62,083 nucleotides of DNA from Macrostomum lignano (taxonomy: Eukaryota): the NCBI GenBank assembly GCA_002269645.1, contig NIVC01002103.1:1-62083 (forward strand), in the 5' to 3' direction. Under the pieces are notes generated by a model. The model had not been told where the DNA came from and searched no databases. It saw only the letters and a list, made by a program, of their open reading frames with translations. Both the position numbers and the translations under genes were made by a program. Of the stretch, positions 50,153 through 60,200 are shown in pieces. Position 1 is the stretch's first letter. The number at the start of each line of letters is the position of its first letter.

Positions 50153-51193
50153 CGAGGGGTGTCCCAAAAGTTCCCGGAATGTCTAACGTAGCTCTTCAAC
50201 GGAGCCATGATGTTTCACGCCCTTGGTGTCAAATGAAAGGAAGTTTTGTCACGAAGAAAATGAAGTTAAAAGCATGTTGATATCTGTTTTTATTCAGGAG
50301 CTGCAGCAAGAAACGTGCGCAAAGGTCAGGGGTACTGTTACACAACCTCACATATCACTGAAAATAATTTTTCATCTTCGTTTTTGGATATTTTCATTTT
50401 GAATTCGTGCTATACTAACGTCTCAGAAAGACGTGGTAGTGTCTATGGAAAAAAGCAGAAATGCTCATTAAGCTAATCTGAGCTTTTGCGCGAGTGCAGA
50501 TAATTCTTACCAAGTGCTTGCTTTCAACTTGAAATCTCTTTGCCAAATTGGGTTCTCTTCAGAGCCTCGAAAGTCAGCGAAGTCAAGTTTTTGTCCTTTG
50601 GTCAGTAGGATGGAGTGGGGCCAAGATTTCTGACCACTTATTCTCCATCCATGGTAAGAAAAGCCTGAAAAAACTGCCATTTACGAATGGATCGAACGCT
50701 TTAGAGACGGTCCAGAAAATTCGTAGCCGGTGTTCCAGAACCGCAGTGAACTTGAAGGCTTCACTCGTCGCGTCATCCTGCATCATGAAATGCCTCGAAC
50801 TGTTTTTGCCCAGGCCATCGACGGCATGCTTTCAAAGTGGCAGAGGTGTATTCAGCTGAATGGGGACTACGTGGAGAAGCCGCAGGCTGAGCTTGACGAT
50901 TCGCTTTGAATTTTGAATCGGTGCATGTCCCAAGGATTCATCAACGGTATGAAATGTTCTGTGTTTTATTGTTTAAAATCATTGCCATAGATTTTTGAGG
51001 TTGTGTAACAGTACCCCTGACCCCTGCGCACGTTTCTTGCTGCAGCTCCTGAATAAAAACAGATATCAACATGCTTTTAACTTCATTTTCTTCGTGACAA
51101 AACTTCCTTTCATTTGACACCAAGGGCGTGAAACATCATGGCTCCGTTGAAGAGCTACGTTAGACATTCCGGGAACTTTTGGGACACCCCTCG
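50153..51193 (+). mobile_element. Internally deleted mariner (Tc1/mariner) element, 1041 bp, with 198-bp TIRs and TA target duplication
   Basis: TA|CGAGGGGTGTCCCAAAAGTTCCCGG ... CCGGGAACTTTTGGGACACCCCTCG|TA. TIRs 50153-50350 and 50996-51193 differ at 2 positions. The remnant HTH (SQRSQVFVLW...IHGKKSL, KTAIYEWIERFRDG) is joined to the transposase C-terminus (KWQRCIQLNGDYVEK). Confidence 0.92.
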
Positions 51194-51699
51194 TAATTTT
51201 GAGAACATGGTGCGAATAATCCGACCTCGAATTTCTATAGCATAGTTGCTGTACTATATTGGTTTTAAATTGCCGCCGTCTGATTTCGCTGCTTTCGGGT
51301 TGAAAAATCGATCAGAAATCGATAATTAGTGATTTTTTGGCTGATTGGGTGCCCGAAAAATGAATGAATAAAATTTTAAAAGAATGCTAGATCAAAGGCG
51401 GATACCGCAACAAGTTGTACTAATGTCTGGCTAAAATTGACTAAGTTGTTAAAAGTCTGCTCCAAGTGCTCATGTGTCAAAAGTGATTGGAAATCGATCA
51501 GAGTAGTGATTTTTAAATGTTTTGCTTGAAATCAGGCAAAAATACGCAATGGGACGGCATTATTTTTATGACGGCTGATTTCCCACATAACGATCGGCAT
51601 ATTTACAGTGTGCAATTTCTGGAGATTCGGTTCATTGGGTAAAAAATTATTGATAAAAAACTTGTTTACTTGTGACACTTTTGTTACTTCCGGGGCTAA

Positions 51700-52460
51700 T
51701 TAACCGGGAAATGGTAGGAATTTTGCACTGAAACCAATGCACACGCCGGGGGAGCTTGTCGGGGAATACTCCCGGGGAATTGGACCGGGGACCCTGGGGA
51801 GAAAAAAGTATTAAAAAATGTATTTGTAACTTAATTTTTGCCGTTAAAATAAGAAAATGATTCACAGACAGCTGATTGAAACTCTGTCTATGCTATTTTA
51901 CCGCATAACTGCTTAATTTCAATGTTTTACATGTATTTCAAACACAACACACGTTTAAACGTTTTTCACTACCAGTCTTTCAATCAAGGAAATTGCACGT
52001 AGAAACCCGTCAGGAAAAAGAAGCCTCACTGACTACTGAGTTGGTCTGCGTTGACGGCTTGACGCATTTGACGACGCAGGCGCAGCGCTGCGTCCTGCGT
52101 CAGTCACTGACGCATGGGGGGTGTCATACATATACTCCCAATTGGACAAGAACAAAATGGTGATTTATAACTGTATTTTCCGCCTCCGGAGTCTGGACTC
52201 TTTCTGACAAAGGTGCGCGCACGATTTCGTGATGCCACGTTGTCAAATACAGTTTTAAAAAACATTGTTTTTACCCTTGCGCCTTGAACATGTAGTACAA
52301 AGCTTAAATCAAAGTTTAAAAAATTCCACTTACGAATCTAAGTTATCCGCCGTTTTTACTTATCTTTTCTTTTCCCCGGGGCCCCAGGGGTCCCCAGGGA
52401 ATGACAGTAAATTCCCCGGGGTCCCCGATAAGATAATTCCCTGGGGAATCGACATCCCTA
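51700..52460. mobile_element. Possible non-autonomous DNA-transposon remnant with GGGGA/CCCCGGGG sub-terminal motifs
   Basis: Inversely oriented G/C-run blocks at 51760-51805 and 52370-52450. The right end GACATCCCTA (TAGGGATGTC on the minus strand) resembles hAT-type termini. No left TIR was found. Confidence 0.3.
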
Positions 52461-54422
52461 TTCACTTCCTAAAAATCATTCGACGTTAGAGACATCTTAC
52501 AATGACTCTCCCCCTACTTTATCTATTAGGCTAACTTTATGTATGACACGACACAAAATATTAGGAGCATCAGCGTTAATAATGCCTTGGAAGTTTTTAA
52601 ATAATCGATACAACACTAGGTATTATAAAATTCCAACCCCAAAGCTCACTGGGGCGACAAGACTTTGTCTTCATTAACTAGTGCCTTATGTATAATATGC
52701 TATAAATTTTATTGGTTTAATCAATAATCAATCAATAGTCTAGTCATTTTATATATATATATTTTAAGTACTAGTAATTTATATAAACTAAATTTAGTTT
52801 AAAATCTGTTTAAAAAAAGAATTTGTTGCCTATATTTTCTTATATTGTGTTTAACTTTTGTTAATACTTTTAAACTTTTTAGCTTGTTCAAAACACTTCG
52901 CGTTTAAATTTACCCACATTTTTGTAAGTTCTTATTTAAAATGACCAAACACAACACTAAGATAGTGAAAGTGCTGTGTCTGTTACTAGGCCCCACTTTT
53001 GCTGTGGTTGATTAGTTTTAGCATGTTTGTGAGCGAATCTAGGATTTTAAATTTTAGTGATGTAACATTACGTAAATTCTACTACTACATACACTAAATG
53101 TGACAACTCAATTTTTAAAAATTTGTTTGTACACGTGGGTTGGGTGTGCAAGCACCAACCAGTGTACTTCTAAAGTAATTCACTTCACTGTTCTGCTTAT
53201 TGTTTAGGTTTTTAAAAACGTTTTTAAATTTATATGCTGGCTTAAATTCTTAACAGCTTTCCCAATGTCAATCTAGTTTTTTGGGCCATATGGGGTTTTT
53301 GGCCCCTTGAAAATTTCATTGGCAACTGGATTTTAGGCATCAGAGGCCAATCTAGCAATTTCACTTTCTCTGTGCCAGTTACCAATTAAAAAAACTGATT
53401 TTGTAAGTGTAAAAAAAAGTGCCATATAAAATTGATATGATGGATTGGAAATTGGAATTGTTAGTTTGTTTTTGTTTGCAGCATAGATAGATAGCAATCT
53501 TAGACTCAAGTTGAGAGAACTAATTTCTGCTTTTCAAATGTAGCCTTGGAAATAGAGGCCTATTCATTCTCAAGAATTTGGCTAGTTGCCAATGGGAAAC
53601 TGAAAATAGCCATTGGCAACTAGATTTTGAGCCCCAACTCAAGGCCAAGGGCCAGCAGCTGGCAAAGTTCTAGCTTTCTAACCTTAAAAAACCTAGAATT
53701 GTCAATGAAGTGTGCCTTTTTGCTCAAAACCCTTTGTTAATTTTTTGTCAAGTTAATCTCTACATATAAATATAATATGAATAAAGACTAATTATAATCT
53801 AGGCTAGGCCCATAGTCAAAAAGGTGGCATAGTGTGCGCCAGAATAATTTTTTTGGGACAATTTGTGCGCCGTCTATGCGCCATCTATGTGCCATTTGTG
53901 CATTGTCTATGCGCCGTCTGTGTGCCACTCTTCACGAATAGAGTTTTCTAAGAAAGGCCTTTGTACAAAAAGCCTTTTTAAAATGTTATATATATTTTCA
54001 TTTTAAACAAACTTAAATTATACCTACAAATAGAGTAATGCAAAATTGACATTTTTAGCGATAATTTATACTAATTTTATTTACTGTTAATTTTAAAGAA
54101 GCAAAAAGTTTATCATTGACTTTCTAGACTATACAAATCTCCTTTATTTTACATAAAATTGTTAATTTGCATTACAATTTTCATGCATGTCACGGACCTT
54201 ATGCGCCACAATTATGCGCCGCATGCGCTAGGGACCTTAGTGTGCGCCATGATTGTGCCCCAAGTGTGCCAAGGACCCCTTGTGTGCGCCGCGCTTGTGC
54301 GCCAATGTGCGCCAAGACCCTTTGTGTGCGCGGGAATTTTCCCCCTCAGAGGCCACCTTCCTGACTATGGAGCTAGGCATTGTCATTGACATCTAGGTGG
54401 CTAAGCTTAGGGCTAAACATAC

Positions 54423-54480
54423 ATGCGCAACAGTTGGCCAAGTTAGCTAATTCGGCTGACCAATTTGGCAGCCAACCAAG
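54423..54480 (+). other. Candidate 5'-UTR exon end for AlaRS (left boundary unknown)
   Basis: Perfect CAAG|GTAAGT donor at 54480/54481 and several AG acceptors at 55420-55466 just before the AlaRS ATG. Confidence 0.35.
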
Positions 54481-55468
54481 GTAAGTTGTAAAAATGCACA
54501 CCCAAATAAATACCTAAGTAGTACTAAGTAGATGACAAGGCATTTTGCCCTAATAAGACAGTCATAATTATTCCTGCCATATGCCAAAAGTTGCAATAAT
54601 TTTGCTTTAGGGTTTCTTGGCATAAACCCGATTATTACTTATCAGACAAGACCCAAAGTAGTTGGGTCAAGATGTTTGCTTTTTAGGCCTTTTTATATAC
54701 ATGCCCAACCTCAAAATTTTACCCATCTAGTGTGACTTAGTTTTGTCCAAATTTTTGACTTAGTTTTTCCCAATTGCAACCTAATTTTCACTTTGTATAT
54801 GACTTTTCTTGCCTTGTTCTCTTTTCTTCTCCTTTCTCTCTTCTCCCTCCTTTCTTTTCCTTTTCTCTTCCTCTCCTTTCTTTCTTCCCCCAATCTTTCG
54901 ATTTTGCAACTTATCTTGGCTAGTGGCCATTTCACCTGTCTAGTTTGGATGGGTTGGACAGGTGTTGGGCAATTATGCCTATCTATATAAAATATGTAAG
55001 CTTTTTGTAATCATTTTGTATCATCATTATCATGTATCATTTTGTAAGCTTCCTATGAATAAACTCATTTCTGTTATTATTTATTAGGCCTGACTTAACG
55101 TTTTTAGCATTTTTTAGATATAAAAAACAATATAAAAACAAGAAGTTATTAAAGAAATTATTAAATTCAGGCAAAATAAAAATAGAAAATGCAAAATAAA
55201 CTTCTTTGTTTCAAGTCCCAAATGCTAGTTTAGGGCTAATAAACTAGAATGTTATTATTTTAATAAATGTAAATGTATTTTAATATATAAATTTAGATTT
55301 GAGTTTTCTTAAATTAGTGTAGTCTCACATCTGTACTCATACAGTCAGTTTACAAACTGGAGCACAAAAGGTTAACTGCTTGGTGCCCTGCTTCCTTTCA
55401 CATTTGATGCTGTTGTTGCAGTTTCTCAGAAGCACTATTATCAACTCTCTGTCTAAGCTGAAGCAGTC

Positions 55469-57102
55469 ATGACTCAATACACCGCCGCCAGTGTTAGGCA
55501 AAGCTTCATCGACTTCTTTGCCCAGAAGCACAAGCACACCTATGTGCACTCATCGTCGACTATTCCATATGACGATCCAACCCTGCTGTTTACCAATGCT
55601 GGCATGAACCAGTACAAGCCTATCTTCCTGGGCACAGCCGATCCCAACTCTGACATGGCCAAATGGACGAGGGCTGTTAATTCCCAAAAGTGCATTAGAG
55701 CAGGCGGCAAGCACAACGATTTAGACGATGTTGGTAAAGATGTTTATCATCACACTTTCTTTGAGATGCTGGGCAATTGGTCGTTTGGCGATTATTTCAA
55801 ATTGGAAGCTTGCACCTGGGCCTGGGACCTGCTCACTAACGTCTGGGGCTTGCCCAGGGATCGTCTGTACGTCACTTATTTTGGCGGCAACGAGGCCCAG
55901 GGCCTGCCATCCGATGAGGAGGCTCGCGACATCTGGATCAGCTTGGGCCTGCCGCCTGACCGAGTGCTGCCATTCGGCATGAAGGACAACTTCTGGGAGA
56001 TGGGCGAGACTGGACCATGCGGTCCCTGCTCCGAGATTCACTTCGATCGGATTGGAGGCGGTAGAAATGCCGCGGATCTTGTCAACATGGACGATCCGGA
56101 CGTGTTGGAGATTTGGAATCTCGTATTTATCCAGTTTAATCGCGAGCCAGATGGCAACCTGAGATTGCTGCCTAATAAGCATATTGATACCGGCATGGGA
56201 ATGGAGCGAATTCTCTCTGTGCTTCAGGTGTGTTGAACATCTTTTTTGTGTCTTCTCGTAGTTGAAATGACTAAATTGACACAATCATTTCTCACTTATT
56301 ATTCCGTGCCACTAACCTTAGCTATCTTTGTCTAATTACGGTTTATCAATTTTCCCTGTAAATACCCTCCATGTCATCCCTGTAAATACCCTCCATGTCA
56401 TCCCTGTAAATACCCTCAATGTCATCCCTGTAAATACCCTCCATGTCATCCCTGTAAATACCCTCAATGTCATCCCTGTAAATACCCTCCATGTCATCCC
56501 TGTAAATACCCTCAATGTCATCCCTGTAAATACCCTCCATGTCATCCCTGTAAATACCCTCCATGTCATCCCTGTAAATACCCCTATGTCATCTCTTTAA
56601 ATACCCCTATGTTATCCCTGTAAATACCCTCCATGTCATCCCTGTAAATACCCTCCATGTCATCCCTGTAAATACCCTTCATATCATCCCTGTAAATACC
56701 CCTGTCATCTCTTTAAATACCCCGTCATCCTTGTCCCTCCATTCGAACCAAATTGTCTGCAGCCCATATGCATTACCCATCTATCTAGTCGATTCCACAA
56801 CCCGCAGGGCCACCGATCCAACTACGACACCGACGCATTCCAACCGCTGTTCGCCGCCATCGAGAAGTTCACCGGCAGCCGGCCCTATTCTGGCCGGGTG
56901 GGCGCCGAAGACACCGACGGAGTTGACATGGCCTACCGAGTGCTGGCCGATCACGCCAGGACGCTCACTATTGCGCTGAGCGACGGCGGCAGGCCAGATA
57001 ACGCCGGTCGGGGCTACGTGTTGCGCAGGATTTTGCGCAGGGGCGTGCGTTACGCTGTTGAAAAGTTGCGGTCTCCGCCAGGACTGTTGGAGGCTCTGGT
57101 TG
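55469..57102 (+). CDS. AARS1: Alanyl-tRNA synthetase, cytoplasmic type; first two coding exons, remainder beyond the window
   Basis: Exon 55469-56227 ([104 protein letters not shown]). Exon 56808-57102 ([34 protein letters not shown]). Phase 0 junction; the second donor (57103) is less certain. Confidence 0.96.
56352..56727. repeat. 24-bp minisatellite CCCTGTAAATACCCTCCATGTCAT, ~15 copies
   Basis: Tandem units in AlaRS intron 56228-56807. Confidence 0.95.
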
Positions 57103-57157
57103 GTGAATTTGCTGCTTGGGATGTGTGTCGGGTCTCTATACTGTCCGCCTATCCTCC

Positions 57158-57201
<44 letters not shown>

Positions 57202-57213
57202 AGATAGATAGAT
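57158..57213. repeat. (TATC)n followed by inverted (TAGA)n
   Basis: ...TCTATCTATCTA-TAGATAGATAGA forms a palindromic junction directly abutting the 273-bp array. Confidence 0.9.
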
Positions 57214-60200
57214 CTCGCTTCGCTCGCTCTTTCTCGCTATCTACTATCTATAGCCAGGACCTGCACCGGAGCGGTTACGAAAATTAGATTTCTCGGTAGT
57301 TGCACGTACTCTTTTGCACTACTTGAGTAGTCTGATTTTCGTTCGGCATGGCTGGTTCCAGCAGGTAGTTCCTCTGGATAAAAGCGCTTACCGCGCCCAT
57401 TGGCTTTCCAGCTGCCTTAATCGTTTCCGGTGATCTTGTGTGCGTGCTTTCAGCTTGATTGGCTGCGGCAAGCAAGCTCGAAAGAGCTCGCTTCGCTCGC
57501 TCTTTCTCGCTATCTACTATCTATAGCCAGGACCTGCACCGGAGCGGTTACGAAAATTAGATTTCTCGGTAGTTGCACGTACTCTTTTGCACTACTTGAG
57601 TAGTCTGATTTTCGTTCGGCATGGCTGGTTCCAGCAGGTAGTTCCTCTGGATAAAAGCGCTTACCGCGCCCATTGGCTTTCCAGCTGCCTTAATCGTTTC
57701 CGGTGATCTTGTGTGCGTGCTTTCAGCTTGATTGGCTGCGGCAAGCAAGCTCGAAAGAGCTCGCTTCGCTCGCTCTTTCTCGCTATCTACTATCTATAGC
57801 CAGGACCTGCACCGGAGCGGTTACGAAAATTAGATTTCTCGGTAGTTGCACGTACTCTTTTGCACTACTTGAGTAGTCTGATTTTCGTTCGGCATGGCTG
57901 GTTCCAGCAGGTAGTTCCTCTGGATAAAAGCGCTTACCGCGCCCATTGGCTTTCCAGCTGCCTTAATCGTTTCCGGTGATCTTGTGTGCGTGCTTTCAGC
58001 TTGATTGGCTGCGGCAAGCAAGCTCGAAAGAGCTCGCTTCGCTCGCTCTTTCTCGCTATCTACTATCTATAGCCAGGACCTGCACCGGAGCGGTTACGAA
58101 AATTAGATTTCTCGGTAGTTGCACGTACTCTTTTGCACTACTTGAGTAGTCTGATTTTCGTTCGGCATGGCTGGTTCCAGCAGGTAGTTCCTCTGGATAA
58201 AAGCGCTTACCGCGCCCATTGGCTTTCCAGCTGCCTTAATCGTTTCCGGTGATCTTGTGTGCGTGCTTTCAGCTTGATTGGCTGCGGCAAGCAAGCTCGA
58301 AAGAGCTCGCTTCGCTCGCTCTTTCTCGCTATCTACTATCTATAGCCAGGACCTGCACCGGAGCGGTTACGAAAATTAGATTTCTCGGTAGTTGCACGTA
58401 CTCTTTTGCACTACTTGAGTAGTCTGATTTTCGTTCGGCATGGCTGGTTCCAGCAGGTAGTTCCTCTGGATAAAAGCGCTTACCGCGCCCATTGGCTTTC
58501 CAGCTGCCTTAATCGTTTCCGGTGATCTTGTGTGCGTGCTTTCAGCTTGATTGGCTGCGGCAAGCAAGCTCGAAAGAGCTCGCTTCGCTCGCTCTTTCTC
58601 GCTATCTACTATCTATAGCCAGGACCTGCACCGGAGCGGTTACGAAAATTAGATTTCTCGGTAGTTGCACGTACTCTTTTGCACTACTTGAGTAGTCTGA
58701 TTTTCGTTCGGCATGGCTGGTTCCAGCAGGTAGTTCCTCTGGATAAAAGCGCTTACCGCGCCCATTGGCTTTCCAGCTGCCTTAATCGTTTCCGGTGATC
58801 TTGTGTGCGTGCTTTCAGCTTGATTGGCTGCGGCAAGCAAGCTCGAAAGAGCTCGCTTCGCTCGCTCTTTCTCGCTATCTACTATCTATAGCCAGGACCT
58901 GCACCGGAGCGGTTACGAAAATTAGATTTCTCGGTAGTTGCACGTACTCTTTTGCACTACTTGAGTAGTCTGATTTTCGTTCGGCATGGCTGGTTCCAGC
59001 AGGTAGTTCCTCTGGATAAAAGCGCTTACCGCGCCCATTGGCTTTCCAGCTGCCTTAATCGTTTCCGGTGATCTTGTGTGCGTGCTTTCAGCTTGATTGG
59101 CTGCGGCAAGCAAGCTCGAAAGAGCTCGCTTCGCTCGCTCTTTCTCGCTATCTACTATCTATAGCCAGGACCTGCACCGGAGCGGTTACGAAAATTAGAT
59201 TTCTCGGTAGTTGCACGTACTCTTTTGCACTACTTGAGTAGTCTGATTTTCGTTCGGCATGGCTGGTTCCAGCAGGTAGTTCCTCTGGATAAAAGCGCTT
59301 ACCGCGCCATTGGCTTTCCAGCTGCCTTAATCGTTTCCGGTGATCTTGTGTGCGTGCTTTCAGCTTGATTGGCTGCGGCAAGCAAGCTCGAAAGAGCTCG
59401 CTTCGCTCGCTCTTTCTCGCTATCTACTATCTATAGCCAGGACCTGCACCGGAGCGGTTACGAAAATTAGATTTCTCGGTAGTTGCACGTACTCTTTTGC
59501 ACTACTTGAGTAGTCTGATTTTCGTTCGGCATGGCTGGTTCCAGCAGGTAGTTCCTCTGGATAAAAGCGCTTACCGCGCCCATTGGCTTTCCAGCTGCCT
59601 TAATCGTTTCCGGTGATCTTGTGTGCGTGCTTTCAGCTTGATTGGCTGCGGCAAGCAAGCTCGAAAGAGCTCGCTTCGCTCGCTCTTTCTCGCTATCTAC
59701 TATCTATAGCCAGGACCTGCACCGGCGGTTACGAAAATTAGATTCTCGTAGTTGCACGTACTCTTTTGCACTACTTGAGTAGTCTGATTTTCGTTCGGCA
59801 TGGCTGGTTCCAGCAGGTAGTTCCTCTGGATAAAAGCGCTTACCGCGCCATTGGCTTTCCAGCTGCCTTAATCGTTTCCGGTGATCTTGTGTGCGTGCTT
59901 TCAGCTGATTGGCTGCGGCAAGCAAGCTCGAAAGAGCTCGCTTCGCTCGCTCTTTCTCGCTATCTACTATCTATAGCCAGGACCTGCACCGGAGCGGTTA
60001 CGAAAATTAGATTTCTCGGTAGTTGCACGTACTCTTTTGCACTACTTGAGTAGTCTGATTTTCGTTCGGCATGGCTGGTTCCAGCAGGTAGTTCTCTGGA
60101 TAAAAGCGCTTACCGCGCCCATTGGCTTTCCAGCTGCCTTAATCGTTTCCGGTGATCTTGTGTGCGTGCTTTCAGCTTGATTGGCTGCGGCAAGCAAGCT

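Noticed and set aside
55337-55468. Mitochondrial presequence extension of AlaRS
   Set aside because: An in-frame TAA lies at 55454-55456, and the presequence-looking [16 protein letters not shown] is out of frame. It cannot be supported without cDNA.
57214-57486. Hammerhead, twister or HDV-like ribozyme in the 273-bp unit
   Set aside because: No CUGANGA...GAAA core on either strand. A twister-like CCGG-UGCAGGUC-CUGG loop lacks the conserved AAGC. The superficial HDV resemblance (CGGCAUGG...CCAGC...UCCUC) has no P1 partner strand.
57214-57486. SL RNA, H/ACA snoRNA, SRP RNA, 5S rRNA or miR-92 identity for the unit
   Set aside because: No ATG|GT leader end, and the Sm-like AATTTTCG is ~105 nt from the donor. 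An H-box-like AUAAAA is present but there is no ACA box and the hairpins are too long. SRP-like and 5S-like words are short and non-contiguous. UUUUGCACU differs from the miR-92 seed and lacks its 3' part.
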